Below are positions 1-12,700 of a DNA stretch of 64,000 bases, in pieces; position 1 is the stretch's first letter, and every line of letters starts with the position of its first letter. The notes beneath the pieces were generated by a model. That model was given only the letters and a program-made list of their open reading frames with translations. It did not search any database and was not told the DNA's origin. A program made the translations under genes and the position numbers. This DNA is from Eledone cirrhosa. Lineage: Eukaryota. The stretch covers positions 2,914,001 to 2,978,000 of the forward strand of contig OZ024745.1 of the NCBI GenBank assembly GCA_964016885.1. The letters run 5' to 3'.

Positions 1-3000
1 TACCACCACCATCAACACCACCACTACCACCACCACTATCACCACCGCTACCACCACCACTACCACCACCATCAACACCACCATCAACACCACCACCACC
101 ACCACCACTACCACCACCACTACCACCACCATCAACACCACCACTACCACCACAATTACCACCACCACTACCACCACCATCAACACCACCATCAACACCA
201 CCACTAGCACCACCATCAACACCACCATCAACACCACCACTACCACCACCACTACCACCACTACCACCACCATCAACACCACCACTACCACCACCACTAC
301 CACCACCGCTACCACCACCACTACCACCACCATCAACACCACCATCAACACCACCACCACCACCACCACTACCACCACCACTACCACCACCATCAACACC
401 ACCACTACCACCACCACTACCACCACCACTACCACCACCATCAACACCACCATCAACACCACCACTAGCACCACCATCAACACCACCATCAACACCACCA
501 CTACCACCACCACTACCACCACTACCACCACCATCAACACCACCACTACCACCACCACTACCACCACCACTACCACCACCATCAACACCACCACCACCAC
601 CACTACCACCACCACTACCACCACCATCAACACCACCACTACCACCACCACTACCACCACCACTACCACCACCATCAACACCACCATCAACACCACCACT
701 ACCACCACCACTACCACCACCGCTACCACCACCACTACCACCACCATCAACACCACCATCAACACCACCACCACCACCACCACTACCACCACCACTACCA
801 CCACCATCAACACCACCACTACCACCACCACTACCACCACCACTACCACTACCATCAACACCACCACTACCACCACCACTACCACCACCATCAACACCAC
901 CACTACCACCACCACTACCACCAGCACTACCACCACCACTACCACCACCATCAACACCACCACTACCACCACCACTACCACTACCACCACCATCAACACC
1001 ACCATCAACACCACCATCAACACCGCCACTACCAACCCCACTACCACCACCACTACCACCACCACTACCACCACCATCAACACCACCACTACCACCACCA
1101 CTACCACCACCATCAACACCACCACTACCACCACCACTACCACCACCACTACCACTACCACTACCACCACCATCAACACCACCATCAACACCACCATCAA
1201 CACCGCCACTACCACCCCCACTACCACCACCACTACCACCACCACTACCACCACCATCAACACCACCACTACCACCACCACAACCACCACCACTACCACC
1301 ACCACTACCACCACCATCAACACCACCACTACCACCACCACTACCACCACCACTACCACTACCACTACCACCACCATCAACACCACCATCAACACCACCA
1401 TCAACACCGCCACTACGACCCCCACTACCACCACCACTACCACCACCACTACCACCACCATCAACACCACCACTACCACCACCACTACCACCACCATCAA
1501 CACCACCACTACCACCCCCACTACCACCACCACTACCACCACCACTACCACCACCATCAACACCACCACTACCACCACCACTACCACCACCACTACCACC
1601 ACCACTACCACCACCATCAACACCACCACTACCACCACCACTACCACCACCACTACCACTACCACTACCACCACCATCAACACCACCATCAACACCACCA
1701 TCAACACCGCCACTACCACCCCCACTACCACCACCACTACCACCACCATCAACACCACCACTACCACCACCACTACCACCACCATCAACACCACCACTAC
1801 CACCCCCACTACCACCACCACTACCACCACCACTACCACCACCATCAACACCACCACTACCACCACCACTACCACCACCGCTACCACCACTACCACCACC
1901 ACTACCACCACCATCAACACCACCACCACCACCACCACTACCACCACCACTACCACCACCATCAACACCACCACTACCACCACCACTATCACCACCACTA
2001 CCACCACCATCAACACCACCACTACCACCACCACTACCACCACCACTACCACTACCACTACCACCACCATCAACACCACCATCAACACCACCATCAACAC
2101 CGCCACTACCACCCCCACTACCACCACCACTACCACCACAACTACCACCACCATCAACACCACCACTACCACCACCACTACCACCACCGCTACCACCACC
2201 ACTACCACCACCATCAACACCACCATCAACACCACCACCACCACCACCACTACCACTACCACCACCATCAACACCACCACTACCACCACCACTACCACCA
2301 CCACTACCACCACCATCAACACCACCACTACCACCACCACTACCACCACCACTACCACTACCACTACCACCACCATCAACACCACCATCAACACCACCAT
2401 CAACACCGCCACTACCACCCCCACTACCACCACCACTACCACCACCACTACCACTACCACTACCACCACCATCAACACCACCATCAACACCACCATCAAC
2501 ACCACCATCAACACCGCCACTACCACCCTCACTACCACCACCACTACCACCACCACTACCACCACCATCAACACCACCACCACCACCACCACTACCACCA
2601 CCACTACCACCACCATCAACACCACCACTACCACCACCACTACCACCACCACTACCACCACCATCAACACCACCACTACCACCACCACTACCACCACCAC
2701 TACCACTACCACTACCACCACCATCAACACCACCATCAACACCACCATCAACACCACCACTACCACCACCACTACCACCACCACTACCACTACCACTACC
2801 ACCACCATCAACACCACCATCAACACCACCATCAACACCACCACTACCACCACCACTACCACCACCACTACCACCACCACTACCACCACCATCAACACCA
2901 CCACTACCACCACCACTACCACCACCACTACCACTACCACTACCACCACCATCAACACCACCACTACCACCACCATCAACACCACCACTACCACCACCAT

Positions 3001-3940
3001 CAACACCACCACCACCACCACCACTACCACCACCACTACCACCACCATCAACACCACCACTACCACCACCACTACCACCACCACTACCACCACCATCAAC
3101 ACCACCACCACCACCACCACTACCACCACCACTACCACCACCATCAACACCACCACTACCACCACCACTACCACCACCATCAACACCACCACTACCACCA
3201 CCACCACCACCACCACTACCACCACCATCAACACCACCACTACCACCACCACTACCACCACCATCAACACCACCATCAACACCACCACTACCACCACCAC
3301 TACCACCACCACTACCACCACCACTACCACCACCATCAACACCACCACTACCACCACCACTACCACCACCACTACCACTACCACTACCACCACCATCAAC
3401 ACCACCACTACCACCACCATCAACACCACCACTACCACCACCATCAACACCACCACCACCACCACCACTACCACCACCACTACCACCACCATCAACACCA
3501 CCACTACCACCACCACTACCACCACCACTACCACCACCATCAACACCACCACCACCACCACCACTACCACCACCACTACCACCACCATCAACACCACCAC
3601 TACCACCACCACTACCACCACCACTACCACCACCATCAACACCACCACTACCACCACCACCACCACCACCACTACCACCACCATCAACACCACCACTACC
3701 ACCACCACTACCACCACCACTACCACCACCATCAACACCACCACTACCACCACCACCACCACCACCACTACCACCACCACTACCACCACCATCAACACCA
3801 CCACTACCACCACCACCACCACCACCACTACCACCACCATCAACACCACCACTACCACCACCACTACCACCACCACCACCACCACCACTACCACCACCAC
3901 TACCACCACCATCAACACCACCACTACCACCACCACTACC
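1..3940. repeat. Compound ACC-based tandem array of two 12-bp units (ACCACCACCACT and ACCACCATCAAC), running off the left edge
   Basis: Directly visible. Triplet phase is kept along the array, with rare GCT/GCC/CCC/AGC variants. Confidence 0.97.
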
Positions 3941-4673
3941 AGTACAATTGGGAAATCATTGGAGACTTCAAGATGGTGGCTTTCCTGCTTGGACTCCAAT
4001 GAGGCTTTATCAAATTCCAATGCTTCCTCTGCCTTTGGGACAGCAGAGCCACCTCTGACCACTACAAAAGAAAGAACTGGGAGCAGCGAACAGAATTTGT
4101 AGTTGGGACCCGGAACGTCATGTGGGAGCCACTGGTTGATCCCAGGATTGTGCTCATGCCGCCACTGCACATTAAGTTGGGGTTGATGAAGCAGTTTGTG
4201 AAGGCTCTCAACCAAGAATCAGCCGCTTTGAAGTACCTTCTTGAGTTCTTCCCCAAGTTATCTGAGGCCAAATCAAAGGTGGAATTTTTGTTGGACCTCA
4301 GATAAAGAAGGTGTTTGAGTCTACCGAGTTCTCCAATAAGCTCAATAGGATTGAGAGAACAGCATGGAACTGTTTCAAGGCAGTTGTTAAGGGTTTCCTA
4401 GGCAACTACAGAGCTGAAAACTACCAGCAACTGGTGCAGGATCTGATAAAGGCTTTTGGCGCCATGGTCCATATGCTGGACGCTCACCTGGAAAAATTCA
4501 AGGACAATATGGGCGCCTACTCAGAAGAACAAGGCAAACGATTCCACCAAGATGTGAAAGAGATAGAGCGGAGGTACCAGGGCCACTACAATGACAAAAT
4601 GATGGGGGACTATATCTGGGGTCCAGTGCGGGAATGCGACCTGGACTACAACTGCAAATCCAGTCATTTCTGA
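3940..4673 (+). pseudogene. Disrupted C-terminal half of a Chapaev3-type (Transib/RAG1-related) DDE transposase
   Basis: Manual translation: QYNWEIIGDFKMVAFLLGLQ*GFIKFQCFLCLWDSRA...PPLHIKLGLMKQFVKAL...GIFVGPQIK...VHMLDAHL...GAYSEEQGKRFHQD. Lesions: in-frame TGA at 4000-4002, frameshift near 4273, and K where GERFHQ has the presumed catalytic E. Confidence 0.85.
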
Positions 4674-4953
4674 CGTGTATAAGTTGCTTTATAAGTGTTA
4701 TTTGTTTTTACTTGTTTGCCTTTGATAAGCTTGTGTAATAAAATAAATATATACTCTGTTGATTTGATTATATGAACTGACAAATTTTTTTAAATGTTTT
4801 TTTCTTGAAAAATATGAAAATTTCAAAATATCAAACTCTTGACCACAAACCCAAACTTCTGGTTAAATAATAGTGTTTTTATTATAACAATGGGATATAA
4901 CAAACCAGGAAATGATACTTAGAACCGGGGAACAAAATATATGTTACACGGTG
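3940..4953 (+). mobile_element. Right part of a Chapaev3-like DNA transposon including its 3' terminus
   Basis: The transposase remnant is followed by an AT-rich UTR ending TGTTACACGGTG (4942-4953) then TAA. This fits CAC...GTG termini and a TWA target site. Confidence 0.7.
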
Positions 4954-5144
4954 TAATTGTTTCTACTACTGGCACAAGGCCAGCAATTATCCCAGTGCAT
5001 TACTGGTACTTTATTTTATCGACCCTGTAAGGATGAAAGGCAAAGTTAACCTCGGCGAGATTTGAACTCAGACCATAAAGGGGCATAACTCTATACTGGA
5101 AAGCATGGCGTCGACCCTCTACCGATACTGCCAATCCACCGCCC
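4954..5144 (-). mobile_element. tRNA-derived SINE, family 1 (octopus OK-like), full length
   Basis: Minus strand has A box TGGCAGTATCGG and B box GTTCAAATCTC. Body GTTAACTTTGCCTTTCATCC..GTCGATAAAATAAAGTACCAG recurs about 10 times in the window. Confidence 0.85.
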
Positions 5145-5154
5145 TTTGAATAAA

Positions 5155-5245
5155 TAATTGTTTCTACTTTTGGCACAAGGCCAGCAATTACCCAGTGCAT
5201 TACTGGTACTTTATTTTATCGACCCCGTAAGGATGAAAGGCAAAT
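5155..5245 (-). mobile_element. 3' half of a family 1 SINE, cut off by the adjacent Helitron-like element
   Basis: Near-identical to 4954-5044. Confidence 0.8.
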
Positions 5246-5246
5246 T

Positions 5247-5621
5247 ACATAATTTATCTACTAAATTTCGTGCCTGTTCACTAAATATATTTTATTACTT
5301 ATTTAAAGATTCACTTCTTTAAAATTTTCAAATGTCAACACTTCCGGTGGCGATCGCTTAAATAAACATATTAATTTTCTGTCACTAATTTTCTCCTAAT
5401 GCAGTTTATATATAATATCGTCTTTTTTTAATGTATCATGGATTACGTTACTGATTACATAAGAAAGTGAAACGCAGTCTTCGTTCAATTTCTATGTATA
5501 TTGTCAATTACGATTTTATTTGACGTATCATATCTACATACATATATACTTGCGTATAATATCAATATACACACTACACATGCTAGCAGAAAACCCACCC
5601 GAAGGGTGGTTTTTCTGCTAG
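5247..5621 (+). mobile_element. Non-autonomous Helitron-like element, copy 1
   Basis: Homologous to 18566-18947 in inverted orientation. Ends in hairpin CTAGCAGAAAACCCACCC-GAA-GGGTGGTTTTTCTGCTAG with CTAG|T. Candidate A|TC start at 5256/5257. Confidence 0.6.
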
Positions 5622-5628
5622 TTAACAA

Positions 5629-5806
5629 TGTTTAAGAACCGATTCTACTTACTTCTGCTCTATGGAATCGGCTCAACTTACTTCAGCTCAATAGTACAAT
5701 TGGTAATAAAAGTCAGGTTTCAGAAACGGCTCAACTTATTTCAACACTTACAATTAACAATAACGGCCTTGTTTAAGAACCGATTCTACTTACTTCTGCA
5801 CTATGG
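5629..5806. repeat. Short degenerate direct repeats
   Basis: TGTTTAAGAACCGATTCTACTTACTTCTGC at 5629 and 5770; CGGCTCAACTTA at 5669 and 5727. Confidence 0.75.
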
Positions 5807-5928
5807 TACAATTAACATTCCATGAGAGTATCTTGGTCAGCTTACGGACATTTCAGCCAACCCTTATACTTGCTGCTGTTACTATTAATACTGGCGATGT
5901 GTTTCTATACTGCGGAATGTTTCCATTT

Positions 5929-6190
5929 GGCACGTGGCCTAGTGGTAAGAGTGTTGGACTTACGATCATAATGTTGGGGGTTCGATTCCTGGACTGGGTT
6001 TTGTGTTGTGTTCTTGAGCAAAACACTTTATTTCACGCTGCTTCAGTTTACTCAGCCAAAAATGTGAGTACCAGCAACAGCTGGGGATTTAATCCTTGAT
6101 GGGCTGGCGTCCTGTCCAGGGGGCAGTCTCACTCTCTCACGGAAACCAGGATAAGTACCAGCCTGATGAGCCTCCGTGCTCGAGACAATA
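5929..6190 (+). mobile_element. tRNA-derived SINE, family 2 (octopus OR-like, Nin/Deu-type central domain)
   Basis: A box TGGCCTAGTGG 5935-5945, B box GGTTCGATTCC 5979-5989, central TGTGTTCTTGAGCAAAACACTTTATTTCAC. Second copy at 22925-23120. Confidence 0.8.
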
Positions 6191-6782
6191 TATTAAAGCG
6201 AGTGAGAGGTATTTTCACTACGTGTCTTGACGATGGATGTAATATATTACAGTGACATGAAACAAAGTGCTGGCTTTTCAGATATTTGCTAGGTCCCCTA
6301 GCAACATAGCCAAGCAGGCTTTAATGAAAATACTACGACAATAAAATGGAAGCTGACAAGGTCAATCCATTAGAATCATGGTTTGTACTCGACATTGTTC
6401 ACGCGCATTTGGTTCACATAGTAAAGCATCACTATCATTTTCAATTAATTCTTTCTTTAAAAAGTAAATAGAATTTAGAAGACTTTCATTATGAGAAAAA
6501 ATGTTGAGACAAACTTTAATGGCTTAGAAGTTGAAGTTAGCTAAATAATAAATAAAATAGCATTGATGCATTTTTAACTAAATTTCTCTTCAAATTTGGG
6601 ATAATTCTAATTAGTTCTATCATGGCTTAATTAGACGAATCTGAAATTGTAGAGTAATAAAGCTAATTTGCTTGGATTTGAGGTATGAAGTAATTTAACG
6701 ACAGTTAATCAGTGAATCTCCGAGAGAAAGAAAAAAACTGTAACAACATTTATTTGGCGTCTTAATTATTTGAAATCGGTGA

Positions 6783-9700
6783 GTAACATAAAGACAGAAG
6801 AGAGAGTATAATAGGGTAACATAAAGACAGAAGGGAGAGTATAATAGGGTAACATAAAGACAGAAGAGAGAGTATAATAGGGTAACATAAAGACAGAAGA
6901 CAGAGTATAATAGGGTAACATAAAGACAGAAGAGAGAGTATAATAGGGTAACATAAAGACAGAAGAGAGAGTATAATAGGGTAACATAAAGACAGAAGGG
7001 AGAGTATAATAGGGTAACATAAAGACAGAAGGGAGTATAATAGGGTAACATAAAGACAGAAGAGAGAGTATAATAGGGTAACATAAAGACAGAAGGGAGA
7101 GTATAATAGGGTAACATAAAGACAGAAGGGAGAGTATAATAGGGTAACATAAAGACAGAAGAGAGAGTATAATAGGGTAACATAAAGACAGAAGGGAGAG
7201 TATAATAGGGTAACATAAAGACAGAAGAGAGAGTATAATAGGGTAACATAAAGACAGAAGGGAGAGTATAATAGGGTAACATAAAGACAGAAGAGAGAGT
7301 ATAATAGGGTAACATAAAGACAGAAGGGAGAGTATAATAGGGTAACATAAAGACAGAAGAGAGAGTATAATAGGGTAACATAAAGACAGAAGGGAGAGTA
7401 TAATAGGGTAACATAAAGACAGAAGAGAGAGTATAATAGGGTAACATAAAGACAGAAGAGAGAGTATAATAGGGTAACATAAAGACAGAAGGGAGAGTAT
7501 AATAGGGTAACATAAAGACAGAAGGGAGAGTATAATAGGGTAACATAAAGACAGAAGAGAGAGTATAATAGGGTAACATAAAGACAGAAGGGAGAGTATA
7601 ATAGGGTAACATAAAGACAGAAGAGAGAGTATAATAGGGTAACATAAAGACAGAAGGGAGAGTATAATAGGGTAACATAAAGACAGAAGGGAGAGTATAA
7701 TAGGGTAACATAAAGACAGAAGAGAGAGTATAATAGGGTAACATAAAGACAGAAGGGAGAGTATAATAGGGTAACATAAAGACAGAAGGGAGAGTATAAT
7801 AGGGTAACATAAAGACAGAAGAGAGAGTATAATAGGGTAACATAAAGACAGAAGGGAGAGTATAATAGGGTAACATAAAGACAGAAGAGAGAGTATAATA
7901 GGGTAACATAAAGACAGAAGAGAGAGTATAATAGGGTAACATAAAGACAGAAGGGAGAGTATAATAGGGTAACATAAAGACAGAAGAGAGAGTATAATAG
8001 GGTAACATAAAGACAGAAGGGAGAGTATAATAGGGTAACATAAAGACAGAAGGGAGAGTATAATAGGGTAACATAAAGACAGAAGAGAGAGTATAATAGG
8101 GTAACATAAAGACAGAAGGGAGAGTATAATAGGGTAACATAAAGACAGAAGAGAGAGTATATAGGGTAACATAAAGACAGAAGGGAGAGTATAATAGGGG
8201 TAACATAAAGACAGAAGAGAGAGTATAATAGGGTAACATAAAGACAGAAGGGAGAGTATAATAGGGTAACATAAGACAGAAGAGAGAGTATAATAGGGTA
8301 ACATAAAGACAGAAGAGAGAGTATAATAGGGTAACATAAAGACAGAAGGGAGAGTATAATAGGGTAACATAAAGACAGAAGGGAGAGTATAATAGGGTAA
8401 CATAAAGACAGAAGAGAGAGTATAATAGGGTAACATAAAGACAGAAGGGAGAGTATAATAGGGTAACATAAAGACAGAAGAGAGAGTATAATAGGGTAAC
8501 ATAAAGACAGAAGGGAGAGTATAATAGGGTAACATAAAGACAGAAGGGAGAGTATAATAGGGTAACATAAAGACAGAAGAGAGAGTATAATAGGGTAACA
8601 TAAAGACAGAAGGGAGAGTATAATAGGGTAACATAAAGACAGAAGGGAGAGTATAATAGGGTAACATAAAGACAGAAGAGAGAGTATAATAGGGTAACAT
8701 AAAGACAGAAGGGAGAGTATAATAGGGTAACATAAAGACAGAAGAGAGAGTATAATAGGGTAACATAAAGACAGAAGAGAGAGTATAATAGGGTAACATA
8801 AAGACAGAAGACAGAGTATAATAGGGTAACATAAAGACAGAAGAGAGAGTATAATAGGGTAACATAAAGACAGAAGACAGAGTATAATAGGGTAACATAA
8901 AGACAGAAGAGAGAGTATAATAGGGTAACATAAAGACAGAAGGGAGAGTATAATAGGGTAACATAAAGACAGAAGGGAGAGTATAATAGGGTAACATAAA
9001 GACAGAAGGGAGAGTATAATAGGGTAACATAAAGACAGAAGGGAGAGTATAATAGGGTAACATAAAGACAGAAGAGAGTATAATAGGGTAACATAAAGAC
9101 AGAAGACAGAGTATAATAGGGTAACATAAAGACAGAAGACAGAGTATAATAGGGTAACATAAAGACAGAAGACAGAGTATAATAGGGTAACATAAAGACA
9201 GAAGAGAGAGTATAATAGGGTAACATAAAGACAGAAGGGAGAGTATAATAGGGTAACATAAAGACAGAAGGGAGAGTATAATAGGGTAACATAAAGACAG
9301 AAGGGAGAGTATAATAGGGTAACATAAAGACAGAAGGGAGAGTATAATAGGGTAACATAAAGACAGAAGAGAGTATAATAGGGTAACATAAAGACAGAAG
9401 AGAGAGTATAATAGGGTAACATAAAGACAGAAGAGAGAGTATAATAGGGTAACATAAAGACAGAAGAGAGAGTATAATAGGGTAACATAAAGACAGAAGA
9501 GAGAGTATAATAGGGTAACATAAAGACAGAAGAGAGAGTATAATAGGGTAACATAAAGACAGAAGACAGAGTATAATAGGGTAACATAAAGACAGAAGAG
9601 AGAGTATAATAGGGTAACATAAAGACAGAAGACAGAGTATAATAGGGTAACATAAAGACAGAAGAGAGTATAATAGGGTAACATAAAGACAGAAGAGAGA

Positions 9701-12700
9701 GTATAATAGGGTAACATAAAGACAGAAGGGAGAGTATAATAGGGTAACATAAAGACAGAAGGGAGCGTATAATAGGGTAACATAAAGACAGAAGAGAGAG
9801 TATAATAGGGTAACATAAAGACAGAAGAGAGAGTATAATAGGGTAACATAAAGACAGAAGAGAGTATAATAGGGTAACATAAAGACAGAAGACAGAGTAT
9901 AATAGGGTAACATAAAGACAGAAGAGAGTATAATAGGGTAACATAAAGACAGAAGAGAGAGTATAATAGGGTAACATAAAGACAGAAGAGAGAGTATAAT
10001 AGGGTAACATAAAGACAGAAGGGAGAGTATAATAGGGTAACATAAAGACAGAAGAGAGAGTATAATAGGGTAACATAAAGACAGAAGAGAGAGTATAATA
10101 GGGTAACATAAAGACAGAAGAGAGTATAATAGGGTAACATAAAGACAGAAGACAGAGTATAATAGGGTAACATAAAGACAGAAGAGAGAGTATAATAGGG
10201 TAACATAAAGACAGAAGGGAGAGTATAATAGGGTAACATAAAGACAGAAGAGAGAGTATAATAGGGTAACATAAAGACAGAAGACAGAGTATAATAGGGT
10301 AACATAAAGACAGAAGAGAGAGTATAATAGGGTAACATAAAGACAGAAGGGAGAGTATAATAGGGTAACATAAAGACAGAAGGGAGAGTATAATAGGGTA
10401 ACATAAAGACAGAAGAGAGAGTATAATAGGGTAACATAAAGACAGAAGAGAGAGTATAATAGGGTAACATAAAGACAGAAGACAGAGTATAATAGGGTAA
10501 CATAAAGACAGAAGAGAGAGTATAATAGGGTAACATAAAGACAGAAGACAGAGTATAATAGGGTAACATAAAGACAGAAGAGAGAGTATAATAGGGTAAC
10601 ATAAAGACAGAAGAGAGAGTATAATAGGGTAACATAAAGACAGAAGACAGAGTATAATAGGGTAACATAAAGACAGAAGAGAGAGTATAATAGGGTAACA
10701 TAAAGACAGAAGAGAGAGTATAATAGGGTAACATAAAGACAGAAGACAGAGTATAATAGGGTAACATAAAGACAGAAGAGAGAGTATAATAGGGTAACAT
10801 AAAGACAGAAGACAGAGTATAATAGGGTAACATAAAGACAGAAGAGAGAGTATAATAGGGTAACATAAAGACAGAAGGAGAGTATAATAGGGTAACATAA
10901 AGACAGAAGGGAGAGTATAATAGGGTAACATAAAGACAGAAGGGAGAGTATAATAGGGTAACATAAAGACAGAAGGGAGAGTATAATAGGGTAACATAAA
11001 GACAGAAGAGAGTATAATAGGGTAACATAAAGACAGAAGACAGAGTATAATAGGGTAACATAAAGACAGAAGACAGAGTATAATAGGGTAACATAAAGAC
11101 AGAAGACAGAGTATAATAGGGTAACATAAAGACAGAAGGGAGAGTATAATAGGGTAACATAAAGACAGAAGAGAGAGTATAATAGGGTAACATAAAGACA
11201 GAAGGGAGAGTATAATAGGGTAACATAAAGACAGAAGAGAGAGTATAATAGGGTAACATAAAGACAGAAGGGAGAGTATAATAGGGTAACATAAAGACAG
11301 AAGGGAGAGTATAATAGGGTAACATAAAGACAGAAGGGAGAGTATAATAGGGTAACATAAAGACAGAAGGGAGAGTATAATAGGGTAACATAAAGACAGA
11401 AGAGAGTATAATAGGGTAACATAAAGACAGAAGAGAGAGTATAATAGGGTAACATAAAGACAGAAGAGAGAGTATAATAGGGTAACATAAAGACAGAAGA
11501 GAGAGTATAATAGGGTAACATAAAGACAGAAGAGAGAGTATAATAGGGTAACATAAAGACAGAAGAGAGAGTATAATAGGGTAACATAAAGACAGAAGAC
11601 AGAGTATAATAGGGTAACATAAAGACAGAAGAGAGAGTATAATAGGGTAACATAAAGACAGAAGACAGAGTATAATAGGGTAACATAAAGACAGAAGAGA
11701 GTATAATAGGGTAACATAAAGACAGAAGGGAGAGTATAATAGGGTAACATAAAGACAGAAGGGAGAGTATAATAGGGTAACATAAAGACAGAAGGGAGAG
11801 TATAATAGGGTAACATAAAGACAGAAGGAGAGTATAATAGGGTAACATAAAGACAGAAGGGAGCGTATAATAGGGTAACATAAAGACAGAAGGGAGAGTA
11901 TAATAGGGTAACATAAAGACAGAAGGGAGCGTATAATAGGGTAACATAAAGACAGAAGGGAGAGTATAATAGGGTAACATAAAGACAGAAGAGAGAGTAT
12001 AATAGGGTAACATAAAGACAGAAGGGAGCGTATAATAGGGTAACATAAAGACAGAAGAGAGAGTATAATAGGGTAACATAAAGACAGAAGAGAGAGTATA
12101 ATAGGGTAACATAAAGACAGAAGGGAGAGTATAATAGGGTAACATAAAGACAGAAGAGAGAGTATAATAGGGTAACATAAAGACAGAAGAGAGAGTATAA
12201 TAGGGTAACATAAAGACAGAAGGGAGAGTATAATAGGGTAACATAAAGACAGAAGAGAGAGTATAATAGGGTAACATAAAGACAGAAGGGAGAGTATAAT
12301 AGGGTAACATAAAGACAGAAGAGAGAGTATAATAGGGTAACATAAAGACAGAAGGGAGAGTATAATAGGGTAACATAAAGACAGAAGGGAGAGTATAATA
12401 GGGTAACATAAAGACAGAAGACAGAGTATAATAGGGTAACATAAAGACAGAAGACAGAGTATAATAGGGTAACATAAAGACAGAAGACAGAGTATAATAG
12501 GGTAACATAAAGACAGAAGAGAGAGTATAATAGGGTAACATAAAGACAGAAGGGAGAGTATAATAGGGTAACATAAAGACCGAAGAGGAGAGTATAATAG
12601 GGTAACATAAAGACAGAAGAGAGAGTATAATAGGGTAACATAAAGACAGAAGAGAGAGTATAATAGGGTAACATAAAGACAGAAGACAGAGTATAATAGG

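Noticed and set aside
5583-5621. Bacterial rho-independent terminator
   Set aside because: Eukaryotic context, and the hairpin is the terminus of a repeated element.
5929-6000. tRNA gene
   Set aside because: A and B boxes are present but there is no complete cloverleaf, and it continues into a SINE body with a second copy in the window.
6138-6186. Hammerhead in the family 2 SINE tail (GAAAC...CTGATGAG)
   Set aside because: No topology gives three pairable stems.
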